A stretch of 32,452 nt of DNA from a virus (lineage: Duplodnaviria > Heunggongvirae > Uroviricota > Caudoviricetes). Of the stretch, positions 25,066-32,452 are shown piece after piece; position 1 is the stretch's first letter, and every line of letters begins with the position of its first letter. The notes beneath the pieces were generated by a model, which had not been told where the DNA came from, did no database searches, and saw only the letters and a program-made list of their open reading frames with translations. The position numbers were made by a program, and so were the translations under genes. The stretch covers positions 64,001 to 96,452 of IMG/VR virus record IMGVR_UViG_3300028275_000480; one strand, 5' to 3'.

Positions 25066-26444
25066 AAAGACTAATACAATTTTTATTCTTAATAATGATA
25101 ACACCATTTGTTTGGTGTGAAGATCTTTCTGCACAAGGAACAGGTTTTGAATCAGGAACATTGTCTGGTTGGACATCGGCCGGTGGAGTTAGTGTATCTG
25201 GAGCCAGTTCTAATAACCTTGGAGGCAAAGCCTGGGTAGTTAATCCTTATGGTACTAAAATGGGTATGCTTTATCCTAGTGGAAGTACAAGTTTTGATAC
25301 AGCATTGTCTACTCTAGGACTATCGGCAAATGAAAATTCAGCTGTTAGATCTTTTTTATCTGCCAACGCCGGTGGCGGAAGTCCTACTCCAACTAATGCT
25401 GCTTATGTAATGACTACCGTAGCATTACAAGCAGGAGTTACCTATACCTTTGCTTGGAACTATTTGAGCACAGATTATTTTCCATTCAACGACGGTTCTA
25501 TGATGACACTGACACATGCCAGTAATGCTAGTGTTATCCCATCGTTGAATAACGGTAATCAACGTTTTGCATTATTAGGTTTTACAAATCCCGGATCAGG
25601 AAATTACTCAACAGGATCCTACGGTTCTACAGGTTGGCAGTTAGCTGTGTTTACCGTACCCGAAGACGGCAATTATGTTTTAGGTTTTGCCGCATTTAAT
25701 CTAGGCGACACTATTCTAAGTCCTATCTTATACATTGACGAAGTTCAAGGAAGCACAACACTCAACGGCCAAAACTTTGGACCTGTTGCTCCTAATGCAG
25801 GTTCAACAGCACCAGCAACTCCTTCAGAACCAACAGCACCAACTTTATGTTGTGGCGGTAGCGCAGCATCATTTAATATTAATGCTATGCACCAAACAAA
25901 CATTAATACGTTTTTGAATAGACCACACGCTGATTCAAAAGTTATGATTGAACAAATTGGCAGCTATAATCATATTACGGTTCAACAAACAGGCACCAAT
26001 CAAAACTATTTAGAATACATAGGCACAGGAAATAATAATCAAATAACCGTCAATCAATCTGGCAATGTTAATACACAGGTTAACTATGCTGAGATAAGAT
26101 TAGGAACTACAGGTAGTGCAAATAATAATACCGTGAATCTTACACAACAAAGTACAGGTGGTGGCAAAGGAGCATTTATTACCGTTAACGATAATAATAA
26201 TGCTGTGACATTACAGCAAAAAGATTCAGGAAGTCATTATGCGGCTATACATGTAAGTGGCGGATCAAAAACCGTTGATGTTATTCAACAAGGATCTGCC
26301 GGTCATATGGCAGATATTACATTATCAGGGCCAGGGAGCCGAAGTTTAAATCTTACACAAGGCGGCTCTACACAACAATTCTATAGTATAAACAGCAGTT
26401 GTAGCAGTAATTGTCAAGCGATAACCGTTACGCAAGGACAATAA
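25062..26444 (+). CDS. Secreted two-domain protein: N-terminal beta-sandwich, Pro/Thr linker, C-terminal curlin repeats
   Basis: GFESGTLSGW start; C-terminal IEQIGSYNHITVQQTG, NQITVNQSGN, NTVNLTQQ and VDVIQQG repeats. Confidence 0.72.
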   Translation: MKRLIQFLFLIMITPFVWCEDLSAQGTGFESGTLSGWTSAGGVSVSGASSNNLGGKAWVVNPYGTKMGMLYPSGSTSFDTALSTLGLSANENSAVRSFLSANAGGGSPTPTNAAYVMTTVALQAGVTYTFAWNYLSTDYFPFNDGSMMTLTHASNASVIPSLNNGNQRFALLGFTNPGSGNYSTGSYGSTGWQLAVFTVPEDGNYVLGFAAFNLGDTILSPILYIDEVQGSTTLNGQNFGPVAPNAGSTAPATPSEPTAPTLCCGGSAASFNINAMHQTNINTFLNRPHADSKVMIEQIGSYNHITVQQTGTNQNYLEYIGTGNNNQITVNQSGNVNTQVNYAEIRLGTTGSANNNTVNLTQQSTGGGKGAFITVNDNNNAVTLQQKDSGSHYAAIHVSGGSKTVDVIQQGSAGHMADITLSGPGSRSLNLTQGGSTQQFYSINSSCSSNCQAITVTQGQ

Positions 26445-26451
26445 ATAATAG

Positions 26452-26664
26452 ATGCGTAAATTAACGTTGTTAATTTCATTTATTATTACAGGTTGTGCAA
26501 CAGGTCCTAGACCAGTGTCTGCACCACCACCGCCCAGTTGTATTAATATTCCCGGTGAAGGATGTAAACAATTTAATGCTGGTAATAAGGGCGGTACAAC
26601 ACTAGGACATCATAACAATGAAGATATCCCTGCCAAAGCTGCCGCAGTTCCAACTCAACCCTAA
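26452..26664 (+). CDS. Small Pro-rich lipoprotein
   Basis: Lipobox ITGC, an additional Cys pair; overlaps the cyclase start by 47 nt. Confidence 0.55.
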   Translation: MRKLTLLISFIITGCATGPRPVSAPPPPSCINIPGEGCKQFNAGNKGGTTLGHHNNEDIPAKAAAVPTQP

Positions 26665-28696
26665 AAAGATTTTAATCAGTCCTTGGACAGCATTAATAAC
26701 ACTTGTACTTATTTTAAGTATAAGAATAGCTGATCCTGTCTTTGTAGAAAGTATAAGATTACGTTACTTTGATACGTTAATTACAAGTCAAACACCTACA
26801 CAAAATAATATTATTACAATTAACATTGATGAAAATGCTTTAGACAAATATGGCCAATGGCCTTTTAAGCGTGATGTTTATGCACAACTTATAGACGAGC
26901 TTTATAAACGCAACGCTGGTCTAGTAGTATTCAATGTATTAATGACTGAAAAAGATCGTCAAGGAGGCGATGCACGACTAGCAACTACTCTCAGCGACTT
27001 TCCTGTAATACTTCCAAACATGCCGGCAGACAGGATGAAAAACACTCCTCGTCAGCCCGGTACAGCCGTTATTGGTTCTGACTTTCAAGAATCAATAATT
27101 CAATACCCGGGTATAATTGCAAATATTTCAGAACTTGAAAAACGAGCGGCAGGTGTTGGTATTGTAAACACACTACCAGAAGTTGATGGAGTTAATAGAA
27201 GAATGCCTCTAGTCGTTAGTGTTGATGGAAGAGTTTATCCAAGTCTGGCCATGGAGGCATTAAGAGTTGCCGCAGGAGATACAACCGTTCAAGTCAAACT
27301 TTTTGAAGGCGGTGTTGAAAAAATGCGAATACCTAAGTTTGGTCCTATTACTACTGATCAATTAGGTCGTGTGTGGATTGACTGGAGTCAACAATCAAAA
27401 TCATATTCAATGACAGAGTTGCCTAAAGACTTTGGCGGTGCTGTTGTTATTGTAGGTGTTGCTGCGGCCGGTTTGGGCAATCCTGTCCCTACAGCAGTAG
27501 GCAGCGTTTGGCCACACGATGTGCAGGCCGCAGTTTTAGGAACAATGTTCAATGGCGTTGTTATTCAAAGACCTGATTATGCCGACGGTGTTGAAATACT
27601 AACATTAGCATTAGCAGGTATACTATTAATTTTCTTAACGAGGTATGTATATGTCGGATTGGCAACTACAATTGGTCTGGTGGTCATCAGCGGTATTGGC
27701 AGTTGGTTTGTGTTTAATAATTTTCTATGGTTATTTGACGCTACTGCCCCTGGAGTTGGCTTGGTATTGGTCGCTTTGCATGCCTACGGTGTCAAGTTTG
27801 TAAGTGAGTTTTTACAAAAGCAACAAATTAAAAAACAATTTGGTTCTTATGTAAGCCCTGTTATCGTTGAAAGATTACAAAAAGATCCTAGTCTAATTCG
27901 TTTAGGCGGGGAAGAAAAAATGCTCACAGCAGTTATGACTGATATGCGCAACTTCACAGGTCTAGGTGAAAAGTATGGAGCAGACGTTGAAGGTTTTACA
28001 GCTATCATGAATTCTTATATGACAGCAATTAGTAAACCTGTGTTTGCCAACGATGGATGTTTAATTAAATTTATTGGTGATGCATCTTTACATATACACG
28101 GAGCTCCGGTAGATGACGATCGTCATGCTTATCACGGTGTTAAAACTGCTTTAGAAATGATAGAAGCAGTCAACGAATTTAACAAACATCTAGAGTCCAT
28201 TGGAAAACCACCCGTTGGTATGGGAGCAGGTGTTAACACTGGTAAGATTCTAGTTGGTAATATTGGTAGTGAAGGTAAAATGGGTTATGACGTACTAGGC
28301 GATCCTGTATCGGTAGCAAGTCGACTTGAAGGACAAACAAAAGGTTATGGTGTACTAATCATTATAGGCCCAGATACCTACGAAGAAGTTAAAAATGATT
28401 TTACGTGTTTAGAATTAGATTGTATTGCAGTTAAAGGCAAAGCTATTGGCTTAAACATTTATACTCCAATAACAACAAAAGCTGAGTCGAATGATCTACA
28501 AATGCATGCCGCAATGCTACAATTATATCGTCAACAAAAATTTGATCAAGCTATTAAATTCTGTAAAGATTTAATGGGGAGGTTTGAAGGATCTATGGAT
28601 CATTATTATGAAATATGGATTGAACGTTGCGAGGAGATGAAAACACATGATTTACCCGCAGACTGGGATGGGGTCTTTAGAGCCACTTCTAAATAA
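26618..28696 (+). CDS. CHASE2-domain class III adenylate/guanylate cyclase
   Basis: TM, CHASE2 (IDENALDKYGQWPFKR, DGVNRRMPL), three TM, QFGSYVSP, TDMRNFT, KFIGDA, GVNTG...VGNIG, YDVLGDPVSVASRLEGQTK, VKGK; C-terminal TPR-like tail ending WDGVFRATSK. Confidence 0.95.
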   Translation: MKISLPKLPQFQLNPKKILISPWTALITLVLILSIRIADPVFVESIRLRYFDTLITSQTPTQNNIITINIDENALDKYGQWPFKRDVYAQLIDELYKRNAGLVVFNVLMTEKDRQGGDARLATTLSDFPVILPNMPADRMKNTPRQPGTAVIGSDFQESIIQYPGIIANISELEKRAAGVGIVNTLPEVDGVNRRMPLVVSVDGRVYPSLAMEALRVAAGDTTVQVKLFEGGVEKMRIPKFGPITTDQLGRVWIDWSQQSKSYSMTELPKDFGGAVVIVGVAAAGLGNPVPTAVGSVWPHDVQAAVLGTMFNGVVIQRPDYADGVEILTLALAGILLIFLTRYVYVGLATTIGLVVISGIGSWFVFNNFLWLFDATAPGVGLVLVALHAYGVKFVSEFLQKQQIKKQFGSYVSPVIVERLQKDPSLIRLGGEEKMLTAVMTDMRNFTGLGEKYGADVEGFTAIMNSYMTAISKPVFANDGCLIKFIGDASLHIHGAPVDDDRHAYHGVKTALEMIEAVNEFNKHLESIGKPPVGMGAGVNTGKILVGNIGSEGKMGYDVLGDPVSVASRLEGQTKGYGVLIIIGPDTYEEVKNDFTCLELDCIAVKGKAIGLNIYTPITTKAESNDLQMHAAMLQLYRQQKFDQAIKFCKDLMGRFEGSMDHYYEIWIERCEEMKTHDLPADWDGVFRATSK

Positions 28697-28710
28697 TTTA
28701 TATAGAATTA

Positions 28711-28733
28711 ATCCTGTATTACAAATACAGGAT
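28711..28733. terminator. Hairpin in the convergent gap after the cyclase (possible terminator)
   Basis: ATCCTGTATT-ACA-AATACAGGAT, perfect 10-bp stem; weak U-tract. Confidence 0.45.
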
Positions 28734-28867
28734 CAGATTATAGGTTGGTGGTTTGACCAAGGAATTTTAACTTTTGTTAAAATGTATTACTGGCCAGCAT
28801 TCCTAGCAGGATCTGCAGATACTATGGCTGATTTGTTTAATCCAAAGACCTACAGCATCTGTAGATA

Positions 28868-28975
28868 TTAAACAGCCGGTGTATCTAATGGAGTTGTTGG
28901 CTGAGGTGCTGGCTGTTTTGGCAGCTTTGGTTCTGATGATTTAACTGGTGCTACTGGAATTTTTGTTCTACTCAT
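28868..28975 (-). CDS. Putative 35-aa Pro-rich peptide (MSRTKIPVAPVKSSEPKLPKQPAPQPTTPLDTPAV); absent from the ORF track
   Basis: ATG 2 nt after the stop of 28978..29331, consistent with translational coupling. Confidence 0.45.
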   Translation of the reverse strand: MSRTKIPVAPVKSSEPKLPKQPAPQPTTPLDTPAV

Positions 28976-28977
28976 TT

Positions 28978-29331
28978 TTAACTTTCTCCTGCTGAGGCTG
29001 TTTTCTTCTCGTCATCGTCTAATTTAGTAGCTTGATCAAACTTCTGATTAGCTTCTTTTTCAACTTTCATCTGTTCCATAACGCGATCTGACTCAATAAT
29101 TTTGCCTCGCAAATGTAATACGGTATTTACCTTTTGATTTAACCTAATTAAATCGTTGTCTAACATACGAATACGATCAATAAGGGCAATAAGAACGGTG
29201 TTAGCTTCGCTAATAACGGGCTTAACTTCTTTAGTTGACCACTCCCAAACATATTTAATAATATAGCCCATACCGACTGCCATAACAATCGGAAAGCCAT
29301 ATTTGTTTACTAATTCTGCTAATTCACCCAT
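28978..29331 (-). CDS. Small membrane protein with GFPI motif (holin-like), paralog of 29753..30034
   Basis: NKYGFPIVMAVGMGY TM segment followed by a coiled coil (LIDRIRMLDNDLIRL); GGAG SD. Confidence 0.7.
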   Translation of the reverse strand: MGELAELVNKYGFPIVMAVGMGYIIKYVWEWSTKEVKPVISEANTVLIALIDRIRMLDNDLIRLNQKVNTVLHLRGKIIESDRVMEQMKVEKEANQKFDQATKLDDDEKKTASAGES

Positions 29332-29340
29332 GGTATCTCC

Positions 29341-29535
29341 TTAGTCCCAAAGTCCTTTTGCTCTATCAACTTTTATTGGGGGTTTATTTGCCCAAGTACT
29401 TGTTGTAGGTTTTTTATTTTTTTTCTTATAATACTCTTCTATCTCTTTTAAAGTCCATAACGAATAGATACTAACACCTAACGCTATAGTGGCAAAACAA
29501 TATATTAAAAAGAGAAAAACAAGATCAACATACAC
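29341..29535 (-). CDS. Small single-pass membrane protein
   Basis: GTG start overlapping the upstream TAG; one TM segment, then a basic tail. Confidence 0.6.
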   Translation of the reverse strand: MYVDLVFLFLIYCFATIALGVSIYSLWTLKEIEEYYKKKNKKPTTSTWANKPPIKVDRAKGLWD

Positions 29536-29753
29536 TATTCTTGATCTCCAAAATTTACACGATACCCTTTAACAAATGCTACCATAGGTTCTACTTTTAC
29601 TAACATAGCTTTACCGTTTTTATTTGTAATCATAAAATGATCACCGTGTTTCCAACCTAGTTTATCTATGTTTAATTCTTCATCGAAGATAATACCATTA
29701 GGGCTTAAATCCCAATTGTAGTCCATATAGAACATTTTAAAATTCCTTTTCAT
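29535..29753 (-). CDS. Hypothetical protein; ends in TAG
   Basis: 72 aa, TAATG-coupled. Confidence 0.65.
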   Translation of the reverse strand: MKRNFKMFYMDYNWDLSPNGIIFDEELNIDKLGWKHGDHFMITNKNGKAMLVKVEPMVAFVKGYRVNFGDQE

Positions 29754-30034
29754 TAATCACGTCTTGCATCGTTCTTGCCGTCTGCTCGAGCAATACGATC
29801 TACATCAGGACGTAGTCCTAGGGCGTTTGATACAATAGTATCAATACGTACAACATCGTGGTTCATTGTTTTGACGCGATTATCAAGAGCTACAATGATA
29901 CCGGCCATGCCCTTGATACTGCCCAAAACGCCCTGTAGCAAAAGTTTAATGGTTAAGTATACAAAATACCCACCTGCAAATGCCACAGCAATTGGGAAGC
30001 CCAAATCGCCTATTATTTTGAAAATTTCGTTCAT
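29753..30034 (-). CDS. Small membrane protein with GFPI motif (holin-like)
   Basis: GDLGFPIAVAFAGGYFVY...LDNRVKTMNHDVVRID; GGAG SD 6 nt before ATG 30034. Confidence 0.7.
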   Translation of the reverse strand: MNEIFKIIGDLGFPIAVAFAGGYFVYLTIKLLLQGVLGSIKGMAGIIVALDNRVKTMNHDVVRIDTIVSNALGLRPDVDRIARADGKNDARRD

Positions 30035-30076
30035 CGCTCGCTCCAAATTGTTATTTTTATGTACGTATTTAACTTC

Positions 30077-30105
30077 TTGACTTAATTATTATCTGATGCT
30101 ATAAT
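30077..30105 (+). promoter_or_regulatory. sigma70 promoter; a divergent minus-strand GTTAAATA box lies at about 30066-30073
   Basis: TTGACT, 17 nt, TATAAT with TG extension. Confidence 0.8.
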
Positions 30106-30134
30106 ATACTCATATTTCTAATAAAGTGAATAAA

Positions 30135-30941
30135 ATGCGTATTCAAATTGTATCCGATTTGCACCTAGAGTTTTCAGACATTAACATTAAAAACACAAAT
30201 AATGCTGATGTGCTGATTCTTGGCGGTGACATTATGGTCGCTTCAAAAGTGCTGAAGCCCGAAAGCGAATACGGTATCCGTTTTCGCGATTTCTTGAAGC
30301 GTGTGAGCTTCCAGTTTCCTCACGTTGTCTACGTTATGGGCAATCATGAGTTTTACAGCGATGGTCGCTGGTTTGATTCTATTGACTGGATGCGTTTGGC
30401 CTGCGGAGTTCACGATAACATTTATTTGTTAGAACGAGATTGCAAACAAATTGACGATGTATTGTTTGTTGGAGGTACTTTATGGACCGACATGAACAAG
30501 TACGATCCGTTGACTCTACATGCAGTTCGAGACATGATGATGGATTATCGTGCTATTAACAACGACAAAGCCGGATTCCGCAAACTTAAACCTGCTGATA
30601 CGGTTGAAAGACATAGATTAACTCGCGATTATATTGTGCATGTTGTACAAGAAAACAAAGACAAAAAGATTGTTGTTGTAGGACATCATTCTCCTAGTTT
30701 TCAAAGTTGTCACGAACAATATAAAACTGATTATTTAATGAACGGAGCCTATCATAGCAGCCTGGAAGATATTATGTTAGACAATCCACATATAAAATTG
30801 TGGACTCACGGACATACACATCATCCATTTGACTATGTGGTTGGAGAAACTCGGGTTGTTTGTAACCCACGTGGATACGAACAAGAATATGGTTTTAGTG
30901 AAGACACTGGATGGGATCCAGAGAAAGTGATTGAGATATAA
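30135..30941 (+). CDS. Calcineurin-like metallophosphoesterase
   Basis: SDLH, GGD, GNHE, GHHSP, HGHTH and NPRGY motifs. Confidence 0.92.
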   Translation: MRIQIVSDLHLEFSDINIKNTNNADVLILGGDIMVASKVLKPESEYGIRFRDFLKRVSFQFPHVVYVMGNHEFYSDGRWFDSIDWMRLACGVHDNIYLLERDCKQIDDVLFVGGTLWTDMNKYDPLTLHAVRDMMMDYRAINNDKAGFRKLKPADTVERHRLTRDYIVHVVQENKDKKIVVVGHHSPSFQSCHEQYKTDYLMNGAYHSSLEDIMLDNPHIKLWTHGHTHHPFDYVVGETRVVCNPRGYEQEYGFSEDTGWDPEKVIEI

Positions 30942-30942
30942 A

Positions 30943-31266
30943 ATGGATAAACAAAAGTTTTTAAATGATTTAAAAACTGGTGTTCGTTATGTTGTAATTA
31001 ATGACTGCTATGGTGGTTTTAGTTTAAGCCATGAAGCCTCTGTAGAATATAAAAAATTAGCAGGCATCACAGACCCAGGTTGGTATGATCGTGACGTTGC
31101 ACGTGACGATCCTTACCTTGTTCAAGTTGTTCGACAAATGGGATCAAAGTCTCATGGAACCCACGCTAATCTTAAGATAGTTGAGATTCCAGGCGATGTG
31201 CCTTGGCACATTGAAGAATACGACGGTAACGAATGGGTTGCCGAGGATCACCGAACATGGTCTTAA
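30943..31266 (+). CDS. Conserved hypothetical phage protein
   Basis: VVINDCYGGFSLS...RDDPYLVQVV...LKIVEIP...IEEYDGNEWVAE. Confidence 0.78.
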   Translation: MDKQKFLNDLKTGVRYVVINDCYGGFSLSHEASVEYKKLAGITDPGWYDRDVARDDPYLVQVVRQMGSKSHGTHANLKIVEIPGDVPWHIEEYDGNEWVAEDHRTWS

Positions 31267-31568
31267 AAGCAGTAAAAGGAGGATGGGTTAAGGTGAGGAA
31301 AACTTCAATTCAACATTGGCGATTTGAAGACGGAAAGACGTGCCCTAATCCTGGTTCAAAATGGGAAATGGATCCACCCCCACGTGGGTGGTACTGCTGG
31401 GTATATCCTGAAGACGATCACGAGTTTGAAACTTGGATGAACAAAATGTGTCCAACCGCAGATTGTACTCATCGATTTAATTCTGGAAATCCTATGTATA
31501 CCGTGTACATTAAGGATCCTCAGGAAGCAACTATATTTCAATTAAAATATGGCGATGAACTTCGGTAA
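31257..31568 (+). CDS. Short Trp-rich phage protein (F-x-L-K/R-W/Y family), copy 1
   Basis: Ends IKDPQEATIFQLKYG. Confidence 0.68.
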   Translation: MVLKAVKGGWVKVRKTSIQHWRFEDGKTCPNPGSKWEMDPPPRGWYCWVYPEDDHEFETWMNKMCPTADCTHRFNSGNPMYTVYIKDPQEATIFQLKYGDELR

Positions 31569-31818
31569 AGGTTTAAGGGTGGCTAGTGTGGGCGAGATCT
31601 TGGCAACAAGAGCTCGTGCCACCTTTTCTCATCGTATTAACTTTGATAGTATAGCATATCTAAATGTTGATGAAATGAAGTGGTGGTGTGAAGAAAATTG
31701 TGAAGGTCTTTGGAGATCTGAAACACATCATGCTTTATATTGGCAATTTGAAAACGAAAAAGATGCTTTGATGTTTATGCTTCGATGGGGAACCGCAGAA
31801 GGGAACAAGTTAAAATGA
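31549..31818 (+). CDS. Short Trp-rich phage protein (F-x-L-K/R-W family), copy 2
   Basis: MKWWCEE...WQFENEKDALMFMLRWG. Confidence 0.72.
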   Translation: MAMNFGKGLRVASVGEILATRARATFSHRINFDSIAYLNVDEMKWWCEENCEGLWRSETHHALYWQFENEKDALMFMLRWGTAEGNKLK

Positions 31819-32015
31819 GAGTAATGAACAAAAATATTTGGCCTTTCCAAACTAAAATTCAAATGGTGTCTAGTGAAGACGTGTTTAGATGGTGTAAAGA
31901 AAAACTCTATCATGGCGGTTACTACGAACCAAATTGGTATTATAATTCTGATACCAATACTTGGTGTTTCAAAGACGAAAAAGAATATCTGATGTTTTGT
32001 TTAAAGTGGTCATAA
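31815..32015 (+). CDS. Short Trp-rich phage protein (F-x-L-K/R-W family), copy 3
   Basis: FRWCKE...WCFKDEKEYLMFCLKWS; ATGA overlap. Confidence 0.72.
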   Translation: MRVMNKNIWPFQTKIQMVSSEDVFRWCKEKLYHGGYYEPNWYYNSDTNTWCFKDEKEYLMFCLKWS

Positions 32016-32404
32016 TGTATCCTTGGCAAATGGAGTTACTAGAAAAAATGTACAAATACAAAGGACGAGGAATGATACAGATCACAGGTCGTAATACGGG
32101 CAAGAGCAACTTTTCTGCTCAGGCTTTAAAAAGATTGTGGGAAGATATAGTCTATAGTCCCTTACAGGATATTGTTTTATCTGACGGCACCGTATACGGT
32201 GCTCGTTACTATACAGCAGAACCCATAGGCGGCAATTGGCGAGAAATGGAAGCGTGGTGTTATGAGACCTTTGGCAATTCTGGAGAACACATTTGGGGTG
32301 AAAAAGAAGCACCAGAACCTGCACAGCGTTGGTATATGAACAATCGCAAGTTTTGGTTTCGTGATGACCGTGACAGAATGATATTTGTATTAAAATGGCG
32401 CTAA
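32015..32404 (+). CDS. Trp-rich phage protein (F-x-L-K/R-W family), copy 4, with N-terminal extension
   Basis: MEAWCYE...FWFRDDRDRMIFVLKWR; TAATG overlap. Confidence 0.72.
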   Translation: MYPWQMELLEKMYKYKGRGMIQITGRNTGKSNFSAQALKRLWEDIVYSPLQDIVLSDGTVYGARYYTAEPIGGNWREMEAWCYETFGNSGEHIWGEKEAPEPAQRWYMNNRKFWFRDDRDRMIFVLKWR

Positions 32405-32452
32405 GAACATTAAAAAGAAAAGTAATCATTCGAGAATATGATTACAAAAAAA
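32395..32452 (+). CDS. 3'-truncated ORF (MALRTLKRKVIIREYDYKK...)
   Basis: ATG embedded in the LKW codons of the upstream gene; open to the window edge. Confidence 0.5.
   Translation, partial: MALRTLKRKVIIREYDYKK

Noticed and set aside
28647-28871. Track ORF of 74 aa as a confident CDS
   Set aside because: Its start overlaps the cyclase C-terminus by 50 nt without an SD, and the frame crosses terminator-like hairpins; kept only as a low-interest finding.
780-32429. Remaining short alternative-frame or antisense ORFs in the track (e.g. 1682..1912, 2526..2891, 3015..3551, 12685..12972, 13038..13382, 19431..19718, 29775..30080, 32082..32429)
   Set aside because: Fully nested in or opposite to well-supported genes, with no SD or recognisable motif.
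1-32452. Genome-wide TAG reassignment (genetic code 15)
   Set aside because: All long genes are intact under code 11, only one likely internal TAG was found, and two genes appear to use TAG as a real stop at gene overlaps. Other genome regions could differ.
1-32452. Cellular chromosome origin
   Set aside because: Housekeeping genes are isolated from their usual operons (dnaK without dnaJ/grpE, rpsU without dnaG/rpoD, pqqA without pqqB-E) and are interspersed with phage-type hypotheticals and TAAATA boxes. Not formally excluded without flanking sequence.

Overview
AT-rich, gene-dense 32.5-kb segment that reads as the accessory region of a large T4-like/jumbo bacteriophage. This is an inference: there is no capsid, terminase or portal gene in the window. 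It rests on tightly coupled short hypothetical ORFs, isolated host-like genes (bS21, DnaK without DnaJ/GrpE, Hsp20, ClpS, GuaC, AhpC/AhpD), T4-late-like TAAATA boxes and near-consensus sigma70 promoters. Several elements are missing from the ORF track: an amber-suppressor tRNA (anticodon CUA, 1205-1280); a gene with a good SD and ATG but an in-frame TAG at codon 4 (3612-4190); a circularly permuted two-piece tmRNA (tag ANDTRFALAA); a 23-aa PqqA precursor peptide in its own transcription unit; a shared ROSE-like thermometer leader on dnaK and hsp20; and a ~250-nt highly structured RNA ahead of a SleB-type hydrolase. The largest module is a cassette of csgF, csgG(+SH3b), two curlin-repeat proteins, a FecR-domain protein, a small lipoprotein and a CHASE2 class III cyclase, which looks like a phage-borne curli-coupled trans-envelope signalling system. 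A heme oxygenase plus ferredoxin-dependent bilin reductase pair is also present. The PqqA sequence and the permuted tmRNA point to a betaproteobacterial, possibly Methylophilaceae, host (inference). All family assignments come from motif recognition by eye; no database search was run. Where a CDS start differs from the ORF track, it was moved to the ATG with the better SD or promoter context.
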